Below are positions 25,152-37,845 of a DNA stretch of 63,227 bases, one piece after another. Below the pieces are notes generated by a model, which worked only from the letters and a program-made list of their open reading frames with translations, was not told the origin of the DNA and ran no database searches. The position numbers and the translations under genes are program-made. The stretch comes from Octopus bimaculoides. Lineage: Eukaryota. Each line of letters starts with the position of its first letter. Position 1 is the first letter of the stretch. The stretch covers positions 67,310,353 to 67,373,579 of the forward strand of contig NC_068982.1 of NCBI RefSeq assembly GCF_001194135.2, written 5' to 3'.

Positions 25152-25160
25152 GAGAGAGAT

Positions 25161-25191
<31 letters not shown>

Positions 25192-26329
25192 TGTGGATGT
25201 GTGAAAAGACTGGGAAATGCTGGAAAGAGAGGATAAAGTAAAAAGAAAAAAAAGAAAAGAAGCTAAAAAAAAGACTAAGTGTGAGAGAAGAGATGACAAA
25301 TTGTATAACAAAGGAGTTATTAGAAAAATCAGAACAAGTGGAGTCATCCAAGAAGTATAAATATCAATGAATCTAATGGAAAACTGTTTTCTAAATATGG
25401 AAATGGAAACATTCTTCAAAGGGAAATCATATAATTTAAAGAAATACAAAGAAATTGTATTTGCATGATAGCTTCTGTGTCAAGAACAAGGGCAGTAGCT
25501 GATTTTATTGTTTCAGTTGTACAACAACTGAGATGTCTAATGTTGGAACTTTACACCTTTTGCCTATAACAAACAAGTGAATCCTTATATCTTCATGTAT
25601 TTTATTCATGTTGTATTGTGGTCTAGTCTTTAAGATTCCTGATCCTTCACTCAGGTAACCCACATTCTGTTTCTGGGTTGGAAACACTTTAATTTTGAAA
25701 GTGATGACTTGTAGAATCAACAGTATGTTAAACTCATTGCTTTGCAGCATCTAGTTATATATCTTTATTGTCTAAGTTCAAATCTCATCTGCTTTGCCTT
25801 TCATTTTTCTAGGCTCATCACAATCATCATTGTCATCACTTTAATGTCTACTTTTTCCTACATTCATGGGTCAGATGAATTTTATTGAGGCAGATTTCCT
25901 ATAGCTAGATTCCCTCACTCAAGAAGGTTTCTTAGTCCATTTGCTTTGTTGGGCAGCATATATGATTGACATTATCAACATTTTACAGAACTGTGACTCA
26001 AGTTCGGTGTCAGGATTGACGTAAGCCTAACAACACATTAAACTGGAGCTTAACCCAATTTCTATGGCATATACATGACTGAGATCATTATAATCCACAA
26101 CGATCCATCACTGTGACTCATTTGTAGCTGAGCGAAGTAGAGCAATGGGAAATTAAGTATTTTGCTCCAAAACACAATGCATCACCACTTGGTCCAGAAA
26201 TCAAAACCACAATTGTAAGATCATAAATGCAACACGCTAAACACAAGGCCACACACTTTCAAGCTTGGTATTGATGCATCAAAAATGTTGAACCATAACA
26301 AGCTAGACTTATATCTCAAACAAGTAATA

Positions 26330-26545
26330 ATTCTTTCTACAATAGGCACAAAGCTTGAAATTTGGGGGAGGGGCTTGTTGATCACATCGACTCCAATGCT
26401 CAACTGGTACTTATTTTAGCAACTCTGGAAGGTTGATGAAAGACAAAGTTGACCTCAGTAGAATTTGAACTCAGTACATAAAGATGGATAAACTGTTGCT
26501 AAGCATTTTGTTTGGTGTGCTAACAAATCTGCCAGCTCACCACCA
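26330..26545 (-). mobile_element. SINE family A
   Basis: Family match. Confidence 0.8.
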
Positions 26546-26949
26546 TGAAGCAGGTAATAATACAATTGTGTTTCTTAAAGGCAAACAAGATATATTATTA
26601 GCTAAAGCCAATCAAATAAACATCAACAAAAATATTTGAAATGCCAAATCAGTCCATCAAGCTTTGAATGTTATTTCAGCTTCTATTAATAAATATTGTG
26701 ATTTGATAACTGTTACAGGAACAAACATTGTAAATGATGTTACATCTCATTCTCAAACAACAATCTATTTCAGAGAGTTGTAATATCATTGCTATGCTAA
26801 TATTATTGTTGTGTTACAAACATTTTACAGGCTTATACATGATCAAGACTATTTAAGGTGGATACTAGCTCATTGTCAGAGAACTTGATTATTTAATTGA
26901 ATAAAGCTTTTGGATGTAGATGGAAACTAAAAGAAGCCTGTTGTGTATA

Positions 26950-27031
26950 TATGTATGTATGTATGCATGTATGTACGTATGCATGTATGTACGTATGCAT
27001 GCATGTATGTATGTATGTATGTGTATGTATA

Positions 27032-27081
<50 letters not shown>

Positions 27082-27113
27082 AACATACATGCATACATAC
27101 ATACATACATACA

Positions 27114-27147
<34 letters not shown>

Positions 27148-27150
27148 CAT
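26950..27150. repeat. Compound (TATG)n(TA)n(CATA)n microsatellite
   Basis: Directly visible; the flanks are mutually reverse-complementary. Confidence 0.95.
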
Positions 27151-27234
27151 GCAAATGTACGTTTGCATGTGTGTGTGTATGCTTCTGTTTCCTTGTCTTG
27201 ACATTATGCGATTACTGTAAATGAGTGACATTTG

Positions 27235-27420
27235 TTTAATATTTTTTAGAAACATGTCTGGCCATGGAGAAATATTACCTTGTCCGGAAACAGGTGAGGG
27301 CTGGTGACTGGAAGGGCATCCAGCTGTAGAAAATCTGCCTCAATAAACTCTTCTGACCCATGCAAGCATGGAAAAGTGGACATTAAAATGACAACAATGA
27401 CAACAACAGCAACGATGACA
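27235..27420 (+). mobile_element. SINE family D 3' part
   Basis: Matches 36075-36240 and the reverse complement of 61470-61700. Confidence 0.75.
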
Positions 27421-28199
27421 ATTTATTTTCTTCTACAGAGTGTATCCTTACAGCAGTATTCACTAACAGGCTTCTTAATCAGTGCCTACCTTTATAATAT
27501 AACAATTATTCACCTTCTTCCAACAATCTTTTGCAGGTGTTAAAGTTTGATCACAGACCAGTGATTCAGTTTTTCACCCAGAGTCACCGTTAAGCCATGC
27601 ACTTTATATGCCTATGAATCAATACATATTCAATTTAACCTGGAATACACCCAAAGGTAAATGACTAGCTGACTATTATGAATTTGCACCTGATAACAAT
27701 GTCTTTGTTAAGAATCTATGGAGCTATTTACATGGACATCATTGTGCAAGGCTTTCGCATTTACTAAGCAATGAATCTTGAAGGGTAGAAATCAATATTA
27801 TGACTGTAAACCTGTAATCCAGTTCATGTTCTGCACATTATAATAATACCCATCATTCTTATACTATTGTACACATGTTAATGCATTCACATATATTTCA
27901 TCTCACAATTAATGTTATTTTTGTTCACTTATTCATTCTGTTACACCTTTCCCAATCATTGCACAGAAGATATATTTCTATAATTATATAGTGTGTAATA
28001 CTACAACACCCCCTTCTTAATATAATGATTAACTATACTAAGGCTAGAGGTACAACTGATTAAATGAATCCTAGTACATACCAGGTACTTATTTATTGAT
28101 CTGGGGGGATTACAACCGAAGTCAACTCTAGTGTAGTTTGAACTAAATTTATTAGTCATTACTACTGTATCTGTTATTGAATTTATTATATGTTGTTAT

Positions 28200-28640
28200 G
28201 TGGATCAGCAGAATTGTTAGAACACCAGTAAAAAAACGTGTTATTGTATTTAGTCAAAGCCTTCTATGTTCTGAGTTCAAATCCAACCAAGGTCAATGCA
28301 ATCTTTTAGCCTTTTGAGGTCAATAATATAGAATACTGATGAGGTACTAAGGCTGATTTTATCGACTGCTCCCTCCCAACAAAATTTCTGGTCATGTGAC
28401 TATATAAGAAGTCATCATTATATATGATAAGGCAGCAAACTGGCAGAATTGTTAGTTTATTGGGCAAAATTCTCAGTGGTATTTGTTTCAGCTCTTTAAG
28501 TTCTGAGTTCAGACCTCACCAAGATCAACTTTGCCTCTGAGGTTTGTAAAATAAAATACTTACCAAGTACTGGGATCAATATAATCAAATTGCCTCTCCC
28601 CTGAAAGTTACTGGCCACATACCAAAATTTGAAACCAATT
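28200..28640 (+). mobile_element. Two tandem SINE family A copies
   Basis: Family match at about 28200-28420 and 28428-28640. Confidence 0.7.
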
Positions 28641-28654
28641 TTATATATTATTCT

Positions 28655-28887
28655 TTAACCCTTTAGCATTCTGATTATTCCATCCAATGAAATGCTTATT
28701 TATTCACATTACTTTGAGTTAATCATGCATTATCTTGTAGCTTTGAGATTTTGATGTTGTGATTGCTCCTTTTGAAGAATAACATTGTCATGAAGGTGTG
28801 AGAGGCTGGATCTGGTCAGTTTTTTTTATCATAAAACAGGTAGAATATCTGAGCAGGATATGGCCAGTTTAAATACTAAAGGGTTAA
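28655..28887 (+). mobile_element. piggyBac-like MITE with TTAA TSD
   Basis: TTAA-CCCTTTAGCATT...AATACTAAAGGG-TTAA; sister copies at about 12350, 32635, 34090 and 34950. Confidence 0.85.
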
Positions 28888-29141
28888 GGTGGTAAATGAC
28901 AACGTCAGTAGAACAACAGTTTAAATACTTTGAAATGTTTAATTACTTTCTTGTACACTCTGAGTTCAAATCCCACTGGGGTCAAATTTGTGTCTCTTCC
29001 ATCCAAGCTCAATAGAATTAGTACCAATCAAGTACTGGTGCAGGTTTAATCAAATACACAAAATGTTTGACTTGTACAAACATCAATCATTATCATGTTA
29101 ATATATTTCAAATTTTTAATATGTTGTTCTATTCAAAGGTG

Positions 29142-29350
29142 GTGAGCAGGCAGAATCATTATCAAGCCAGGTAAATGCTTAGCAGCATTTCATCCGCCTT
29201 TATATTCTGAGTTCAAATTCTGCCATGGTTGACTTTGCCTGTCATCCTTCCAAGGTTGATAAAATAAAGTACCAGTTATGCACTGGGGTCAATGTAATTG
29301 ATTTATCCACTTCTTCAAAATTACTAATCTTGTACTAAAATTTGAAATCA
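29142..29350 (+). mobile_element. SINE family A
   Basis: Family match. Confidence 0.8.
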
Positions 29351-29759
29351 AGATGTTGTTCTATTCTTTTGCTATTTCATTGGTCTTAGTAAATGGACTG
29401 TGGCCATATTGAGGCACTACATCCAATGGTTTTAATTTATTATATTGCCCCAAGTACTTTGGCTTGCATGTAGTTTATCAGTCAACTTCAGAGAGAAATG
29501 CAGTGTTGACCTTGGCAAAAGGAGCTTAATCACAGCAGAACAGAAACCAGAAAGTAATTTCATTTGACACACTATAATCATCATTTTGTATGTGTGTGTG
29601 TAATGTATGTAATTGTGAGCATATGTGTGCATGTAATTGTGTGTGTGCATGTGTAATTGTACGTGTGTGTTTGTGTCTTTATGTTTGTGTCACTTAAGCA
29701 TTTACTCATAAAACCAAATGCTCCAATAATTATTGGTATAAACATGAATTTATAATCTG

Positions 29760-31075
29760 GATAGAGAAGCTGGAGGTTTGAAGCAGTTGTCCATTGTTAT
29801 CCTCTTTGTCTTTGAGTTCCGACCAGATATTTACATTAGCAGGACAGTTGACCTTTATGTACACACCTACTATTTTTTTTTTTTTTTTATCTGTCTCAAA
29901 CAACAATATCTGGTCTGTTATGTTTACACTTGACAGATGTTTTGATGAAAATGGTCCACCAGTATTACTTGTGTTAATATTTGTGTATGTATTTAATAAC
30001 AGGGATTCTCTATATTTATTTCAGGTCAGTCTTTTCCCCAAATGGCATTGATTATTGTTTTTGTGACACCGTGTTGCATGGGGAGATAGTACTCTGATAG
30101 CATTTTTGGGCAGCTGCTAATCACATATGTGATGCCTTCCACAGAAAAACAACATAATCTACATTTTCAGTTGCATCTTAGAGCTCCAAAGGTTTCACTG
30201 TCTCTTTTGTTGATTAGGTATTTAGTAGCAGTCTCCTGTTCTTGGATGGAAAATGCATAGCCTTCAGAATGCTTAGTGGCATTTCATCCGTCTTTATGTT
30301 CGAAGTTCAAATTTCACTGAGGTTGACTTTGTCTTTCCTCCTTTTGGAGTTGATAAAATAAGTACCAGTTGAGCACTGGGGTTGATGTAATCAACTTAGC
30401 CCCTCCCCCCAAATTACTGGCCTTGTGCCAAAGCTTGAAATCAGTGTTACTGTCTTCTTCAAATCTTCAGGAAACATACCCATGCATAGTCATATTCTGG
30501 TATGCTGAGCATTTCATATCCAGGTCTTCTTTGGAGTATGTTAGTCTGGCCGTTTTGAGGTTATATGAGAGGTCATAAGGAAAAGAGTGCTTCCTCACCA
30601 TCAACATGAAGGAAATTTTACCGGTGAGTGTGTTAAATTTTAAGGCACAATAAGAAAATGACTCTCCCCAGACACAACAACATGAAGGATGTTGTTCTCT
30701 TTGCTTTTTAGTACAAAGTTTATGTATTCATTTTTGCTGCAGTCATTTAGCAAGTACTGTCTGAGAGAGACTATACAACATTCAAAAGTTGTCTACACTG
30801 ATTATAAGTCTCTACCTCCTTCATCGCTTCTTAAGTAGAGCCTGCTGATATCACTATTTCTGTGGAAGTTCCAGTTGATGTCAGGATCTTGTAGGTTTTC
30901 ACATCTATGGAGTGAATTACCTCTACAGACCAATCAAGTATCCCAAATGTTTGAATCAGCACTGGTACCGCAAATGCAGTGTGGGATATTGTCTTGTTGT
31001 AAGAGGAAAATTATGACCACCATATTTTTCTGGTATAATATTCTCAGTCACTCTATCTTTATTCGTAGAACTTTT
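29760..31075 (-). mobile_element. R4/Dong-clade LINE relic (RT C-terminus, CCHC knuckle, restriction-like endonuclease), split by a SINE
   Basis: IDVKTYKILTSTG..HRNSDISRLYL..EGGRDL, MHGY, AFSIQEQE, KCRLC..ITYVISSC, KHNRPDIVV and VNCPANVN. Confidence 0.88.
30268..30445 (+). mobile_element. SINE family A inserted in the R4/Dong LINE
   Basis: Family match; interrupts the LINE between the MHGY and QEQ motifs. Confidence 0.8.
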
Positions 31076-31175
31076 GTATATGTTTTCATCAATGTCCAGG
31101 TATTTGTAGCATGTTTGTATTTATGTGCATATGTATGCATGTGTGCATGTATGTAAGTAAGTATTTTCATATATG

Positions 31176-31234
<59 letters not shown>

Positions 31235-31704
31235 ACACCTCTAACATCATGACATGTTAGTGAATTAAAGACAAAGAAAGGAAAAGCGTCTATATAATTA
31301 CTTGACCTGTTTGAATCCAGCTGTGATATCTCTTACAGCAAACTTTCCTGCTGTCAAACTGACAGCTGGCCATATACCTAAGAACATTATAATCTGTTCT
31401 CCAATGAGGCATTAAGCAGTTAAATTGTTCATTAGATTGTGATGGGATTAAATTAGAAATGAGATTATTGAATTAATTAATTAATTAATTTTTTTTTTGT
31501 AAGATATCCTATTAGATATTTTTTTTATAAATTTAACTTTGTATATACACATACACAAAGAATCACACACATATGCCTGCAAGTGTACATGCATGTAATT
31601 TATACATGTATAAAGGAATTTATATATGCATAAATACATAAATGTGTATGTGTATGTGCAAGTTGGTGCCATGCCCAGACAGCATATTTTGCAGCATTTC
31701 TGTG

Positions 31705-31840
31705 TTTAAATTTCCCTAAGGTCAACTTTGCCTTTCATTTTTTGGGATTCAATAAATTAATGTACCAGTTGAAAGCTAGGGGTTGATGTAACTGACTTAA
31801 CCTTCACCTAGAATTACTGGCCTTGTGCCAAAATTTGAAA
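31705..31840 (+). mobile_element. SINE family A
   Basis: Family match with (CAC/CAT)n tail. Confidence 0.75.
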
Positions 31841-32377
31841 CCACCACCACCATCATCATCGTCGTCGTTGTCATTGTCACCATTACAATAATACTTGAAA
31901 TAAGATGAAAGATTAAGCTGTTCTGTGCAGGAGTTAAACTAAGAACTGTAAGCTATGAATCTAATCCAGGACCCAGCCACAAATGTCCATTGTTGATAGA
32001 CTGTTATGTATGTTACTGAAATAAGTGAAAAAATATATAAGAGAAGCTTAAAAAAAGAAGACACATAGATATTGAACAGCCTTAACCTGTTTCTGGGAAG
32101 TTACTAGATTTTGAGTGTGTATGCATATAACTAATTAAGATACCTAATTTTTTTTCCACACCTTAGAAACACCTTGACAACCTGTAAAACTAGTAGTTCA
32201 ATAATTGATTAACAGTAGTATTAGTGTTGTTTCAATGAACATTGCTATTGTTGCTGCTCCTGATGCTGTTTTGCTTTTAGCCATTTTCTATGGAGCCAGT
32301 CATATTGATTCCTTTTGACTAAGTAGAAGGACAGAGAAATATAGGATGATGTCTGTCTCAAGCCTACAGGCCTATTT

Positions 32378-32622
32378 GTGGAAGCATGTAGCTTAGTGGT
32401 TAAGGTGTTGGGCTCATGATTGTAAGATTGTGGTTTCGATTCCTTAACCAGGTGACATGTTGTGTTCTTGAACAAAACACTTCATTTCACAATTCTCCAG
32501 TTCACTCAGCAGGCAAATCTGTGACAGATTGGTGTCCCATCCAGGTGAGGAATTTATACGCTATGGAAACCAGTAAGCCAGACCTTATGAGTCAGCATGA
32601 CTCAAAAAGGTAACTTTACTTT
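32378..32622 (+). mobile_element. CORE-like SINE (family B)
   Basis: TAGCTTAGTGG and GGTTTCGATTCC boxes, CORE-like segment, (CTTTA)n tail. Confidence 0.85.
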
Positions 32623-32634
32623 ACAACAGGCCTA

Positions 32635-32852
32635 TTAACACTTTAGCATTCAGATTACTCTGTCAGATTTAATACTTTTTAATTCACATAGTTTTGAATT
32701 AATCATGCAATATCTTGTAACTTTCAGATTTCAATGATGTGATTGCATATTTTTAGAATGACATTGTAGGGAAGGTGTAAGAGGCCAGATTTTGACAGTT
32801 TGAACATAAAATGGGTAGAATATTTGGGCCAGATATGGCCAGTTTAAATGCT
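32635..32852 (+). mobile_element. piggyBac-like MITE copy
   Basis: Matches 28655-28887; right end incomplete. Confidence 0.8.
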
Positions 32853-34089
32853 CTCCCAGTTTCTATATGTTTTAAGTGACTGACTATACAAGAGAACACC
32901 AGTCTGTCACAGAGTTGACCTGACTCCCAGCTGCCATTTGTATTAATTTTCAGCTGAGTACAGCAAAAATATATCTTAGAAATGTGTTAGTTACCATATT
33001 TGATGACATAAATGACATACAGGCATATTAGAAACACCCAAACTTCAGCAACATATATTCAGGAAAAATGGTTTTCAGTGCATTAAAGCATGTAATATTG
33101 ACCCAATTTTGCATATAAGACCCCAATAATTTTTTGAGACATTTCTTGAAAAATAAATGCATCTAATATGCTATCAAATACAGAAATTTCGAAGTTGAAG
33201 TCTGTCTTGAGCTTATAGGCCCATTAAACCAGAGCTTGTTCTGGTTTCCTTGGTGTTTTAAATGACTGAGAACATAAGCTTCCCACTGAATGGGAGAGAC
33301 ATATGCCTTCCACTGAATGGGGAAGTGTTTCATTACAAGGTTAAGTTCTAGCTTCTACCTCTGCTACTTATTTTCAACTGTGTGTGCTGGGGTGATATAA
33401 AATGAAGTGCAATTCTCAAAGACACAATGCCGTGCCTGATCCAAAAATCAAACCCATGCTCTAATGATCATGATTCCAGCAGCCTAACCACTTGGCTTCC
33501 ATGGTAGTTAACTTAACCAGTGACAACTTTTTTACTGGAACTTAACTCTCACTGCACTGCTTAAATATTTGCTGGTGATGTAACATGTTAATCATATGCA
33601 GATCAGTTCTTACAACCACTTTCTGTTGACCAGTAAAAATAAAATTTCTGTACTTCATATTAAATGTGGAGAATTCCAGAATGTACCCAACAATCAAAAA
33701 CGAGTTTACTTGGTTCCAATGTCTCAAGTGCACATGCACTGAACTATGTATACTCAGTCCTATAAAGTAAGGGTTAAGGGATGAAAAAGAAATGTGTCCT
33801 TTGCAAGATTTCCATTCTGAAAGATGAAATTAAAAACTGTATATGAGCTCACTGCTAAGGTTTCAATGTAAAGATATTTGATGCTTCAAAGTTGGAGAAG
33901 AGTAGATTTGTTTACCATGCTAGCACCAAATAACTTCTAAATCACCTTGCAGGCGATAAAGCTGTACAGTTAGACAGCAGGAACAAGTTATAGTATCAGG
34001 ATTAACATGTTGAAATGATGGCTGGTGCTCTGCTGTATAATCAGTAAAATAGTCACTCAGCAAACATCAGGTACATTGCTTCAATTATA

Positions 34090-34305
34090 TCAAACGCATT
34101 AGCATTTAAACTGGCCATATCTGACCAAAATATTCAAACCAGCCAGATCTAGCCTTTCATAATTACCCTGCAATGTCCATTCTAAAAGTAAACAATCACA
34201 TGATCGAAATTTTGTAGCTACAAGATAATATATATGATTAATTTAAAGCGATATGAATAAATAAGCATTACATTTGACAGGGTAACCTGAATGCTAAAGG
34301 GTTAA
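34090..34305 (-). mobile_element. piggyBac-like MITE copy
   Basis: Reverse complement of 28655-28887, ending AATGCTAAAGGGTTAA. Confidence 0.8.
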
Positions 34306-34681
34306 ACATGCTTTTCTTCATTATCTGAAACTGATGTTCAAATGTTTAATGCCACATAAGATGTTATATGACCTTGATTGACAGACCTAAACTATTGCCC
34401 AGTTTAACACACCCCCTGGTACCCAGGTTACCTTTTGTGGAGTTCACATGGTTGCAAAAGTTTAGGCTATGTCACCAGCTTGAAGATATCTTTTTCCCTT
34501 CCTCCCTCAATCACTCTCACCAATCTCAGAAGACCTGTAAGGGGTCAGAAATACTGCATGCTTCCTTGATGAAGAAATGAAAAATAAACTCGAATGTTCT
34601 CCAGTCTTGCCCTCCACTTGAAAATCAACAAATTGCTTTACAAACAAAGTTTGCATGAAAAAGAATATCTCTACTCTTTAT

Positions 34682-34950
34682 CATCATCATCATCATCATC
34701 ATTATCATCATCGTCGTTTAACGTCCGCTTTCCATGCTAGCATGGGTTGAATGATTTGACTGAGGACTGGTGAAACCAGATGGCTACACCAGGCTCCAAT
34801 CTGATTTGGCAGAGTTTCTACAGCTGGATGCCCTTCCTAACGCCAACCACTCCGAGAGTGTAGTGGGTGCTTTTACGTGCTACCCGCACGAAGGCCAGTC
34901 AGGCGGTATTGGCAACGGCCACGCTCAAAATGGTGTATTTTACGTGCCAT
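34682..34950 (-). mobile_element. SINE family C with part of its tandem-unit region
   Basis: (CAT)n tail, body as 6498-6645, then the reverse complement of units seen at 35640-35940. Confidence 0.85.
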
Positions 34951-35180
34951 AACATTTTAGTATTCAGATTATTCTGTCAAATGTAATGTGTATTTATTTG
35001 CATTGTTTTGAATTAAACATGCTTTATCTTGTAACTTTCAATGATTTTAATTATGTGGTTGTATATTTTTAGAATGACACTGCAGGGTAGGTGTGAGAGG
35101 TTGAATCTGATCAGTTTTAACTTAAAAGGCGTAGAATATTTTGGCCAGATATGGTCGGTTTGAATGCTAAAGGATTAAGC
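34950..35180 (+). mobile_element. piggyBac-like MITE copy
   Basis: Matches 28655-28887. Confidence 0.75.
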
Positions 35181-35219
35181 ATTTTAAGCTTCATTTACAG
35201 AAGTCAGGCTGGCTCAGGC

Positions 35220-35367
35220 ACAGATATGGATGTGTAGTTAAGAAACTTGCTTCCTAACCATATGGTCTTTGGTTCAATGCCACACTGTTGTACTTTGGAC
35301 AAGTGTCTTTCACCGTGGGTTTCAGGCAGACCAAAGCCTTTGGTAGATGGAATTTGAAAGAAAGCCC

Positions 35368-35410
<43 letters not shown>
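35220..35410 (+). mobile_element. CORE-like SINE family E with (CA)n tail
   Basis: CTTTGGACAAGTGTCTT segment; matches 57925-58100. Confidence 0.75.
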
Positions 35411-35414
<4 letters not shown>

Positions 35415-35519
35415 TCTTTTCTTTCTCTCTGGACTTTTACTTTTCTTTTTCTGATGAAGAACCATGCTCAAAACATCACACACACACACACACTTTTCCC
35501 CCCAACTTAAACTTTCTCT

Positions 35520-35940
35520 GAGTGAAATCGAAATTGAACTAAATTTGACGACTGGCACCCATGCCAACGTCTCCTTCATTGGACACTGAACTCGGCTTGC
35601 GAAAACCTGTTGAGGAAAGTGAAAGCAAAATCGTGATGGCACCTGTACCAGTGGAGCACTAACAGCACCATCCGAGCGTGATCGTTGCCAGAGCAGCTGT
35701 CTGGCTTCCGTGCCAGTGGCACATAAATAGCACCATTTCAGTGTTATCGCTACCAGCGTCGCCTTCCCGGTACTCGTGCCGGTGGCACATGAAAAGACAT
35801 TCGAGCGAGGTCGTTGCCAGTGCCACTTGACTGGCTCCCGTGCAGGTAGCACATAAAAAACACCTTTTTGAGCATGGCCGTTGCCAGTACTGTGTGAGTG
35901 GCCCTCGTGCCGGTGGCACATAAAAGCACCCACTCTGAGC
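35520..35940 (+). mobile_element. 5' region of family C element with an array of about 65-bp units
   Basis: GTGCC-NNN-GGCAC-type motif at 35710, 35776, 35840 and 35907, with a degenerate copy at about 35645. Confidence 0.75.
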
Positions 35941-36234
35941 ATCTGTACATGCTTTTGACTTATGTTGTTTTTGTTTTTATTTTTGTTTTCATTCTTCATT
36001 TAACTACGTCTGTAAGTATCAATGTATTTGCGTGATGCAATATTTCCTAATGATTGCAAACAAGTTTTATTTAATTCCAACCTTCCATGCAAAACATGTC
36101 AGGCTATGGAGAAATTTTTCCCCTGCTTGGAAAAAGAAGAGAATTGGTGATGGGAATTTGCACCTGACCATAGAAAATCAGCTTAAATGAATTCAAAGAC
36201 GCCCATGCAAACAAGGAAAAGTGGACTTTAAATC

Positions 36235-36302
36235 AATGATGATGATGATCAAGGTGATAATGATGATGATGATCAAGGTGATGATGATGATGATGATCAA
36301 GG

Positions 36303-36335
<33 letters not shown>

Positions 36336-36490
36336 CAATGATGATGATGATGATGGTGATGACGATGATGATGACGATGATGACAACGACAATGGTGATG
36401 ACAATGATGATGGTGATGATGATGACGATGGCGACGACAGCAGCAACAATAATGATGTCAACGGCAGTGATGGTGATGATGATGATGATG
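36235..36490. repeat. (GAT)n/(GAC)n compound repeat with a higher-order GATCAAGGT unit
   Basis: Directly visible. Confidence 0.95.
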
Positions 36491-36842
36491 TTTGCAGTTC
36501 TCCACGTTTTCAAGATTAAAGTATAGCATCCATGCTGCAGCAGAATTTAACAACTTTGCACCACAGTTCATATTCTTGTATTATATCTTATTTTATCAAT
36601 CAACATATCTACCAACCTATTAATGTACTTCCTCTTTTACTTATAATTCTACAAATCCTGTCTTATACACATTCTTGTCATTCTGATTCTTTGCAAGAAA
36701 GTTATCAAAAATACTTATCAAATTCCAGTCACCCGACATTTACATTGGACTTTTTACAAGCCAGCATAAGGAAATAAATGGAAACATCTACTAAATGATG
36801 ATGATGATGATGACAATGGTAGTGGTGGTGGTGGTGGTGGTG

Positions 36843-36884
<42 letters not shown>

Positions 36885-37348
36885 ATGGTGGTAATATTGG
36901 TAGTGGTGGTGGTGGTGGTTAGGAGAAGCAGGGGGAAGGGTGGAGGAGGAATAGAAAGCTGACAAGGATTATCATTATTAACAGAAGAAATAACGGCAGA
37001 AGCTGCAGTAGTCAAAGCACAAACATCTTTTATTTACAATTTTCTAAAGAGAATATTTTAAATATAATACACTAACAAACATAACTGACTTATAATGTTG
37101 AATATGTACATTTACNNNNNNNNNNNNNNNNNNNNNNNNNNNNNNNNNNNNNNNNNNNNNNNNNNNNNNNNNNNNNNNNNNNNNNNNNNNNNNNNNNNNN
37201 NNNNNNNNNNNNNNNNNNNNNNNNNNNNNNNNNNNNNNNNNNNNNNNNNNNNNNNNNNNNNNNNNNNNNNNNNNNNNNNNNNNNNNNNNNNNNNNNNNNN
37301 NNNNNNNNNNNNNNNNNNNNNNNNNNNNNNNNNNNNNNNNNNNNNNNN

Positions 37349-37535
37349 TTACCGAAAATGTGCTTTTTATGGTAATCTGACCTTAGAGTCCCTCATAGCG
37401 TGAGGCATTATTGTATAGTAATGCCCTTATATAAATATAAATATATATTTCGGGAATAAATGATGGATTTCTTCCCTTATGAGGTTTTTTCACGCTAGCT
37501 ACTTGATAAATTCTTGTAAAAGAATTCGTCCTATT
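37349..37535. mobile_element. Second copy of the 20733-21090 family (left part lost in gap)
   Basis: AGAGTCCCTCRTAGC..GAGGCATT..GTATAGTAAT and GCTACTTGATAAATTCTT are shared. Confidence 0.8.
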
Positions 37536-37613
37536 ACTGAATTTAAATATATATATATATATGTATGTATAAATTCTTACACATGTACTTATTCAAATAC
37601 ATACTCAAGATTA

Positions 37614-37644
<31 letters not shown>

Positions 37645-37649
37645 TGATA

Positions 37650-37845
37650 GAAAAGGTAAGACAACAAAAGAAAGAAAGAGACCTCGATGTTATGTAAATA
37701 GAGAAATTTATCTGTAAATAAGATGTGACAATTATTCGGTAGCCATGATAAAGCTCCGAGTTTTGGATGCCAGGGCAGAAACCCACGCCGCCATCTCTTC
37801 AGTTAACTGGCCATCGAAGAATGCTATGAAAATGATCGTGTTGAC
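37650..37845 (-). mobile_element. Penelope-like terminal repeat fragment containing a mutated hammerhead (37747-37807)
   Basis: gttaa-CTGAAGA-GATG..CATC-c-AAAAC-tcgga-GCT-ttatc; sister of 44920-45060. Confidence 0.6.

Noticed and set aside
25912-26026. Minus-strand frame AYVNPDTELESQFCKMLIMSIIYAAQQSKWTKKPS* after a TAG acceptor
   Set aside because: 35 codons is within chance expectation, the acceptor is weak, and the end overlaps SINE sequence.
30480-30760. 94-codon minus-strand frame with good-looking splice sites (ctctctcag| QYLLNDCSK...NMTMHG |gtatgt), initially taken for a host exon
   Set aside because: Flanking sequence continues with R4/Dong LINE motifs (EGGRDL upstream; MHGY, QEQ, CCHC and RPD downstream), so it is part of the LINE ORF.
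33946-34032. 87-nt phase 1-1 minus-strand exon candidate (EHQPSFQHVNPDTITCSCC..)
   Set aside because: The donor GTGATT is mediocre and there is no homology; indistinguishable from chance.
35640-35940. CRISPR array
   Set aside because: Eukaryotic context, no cas genes, spacers are homologous to each other, and the array is joined to a SINE-like body.
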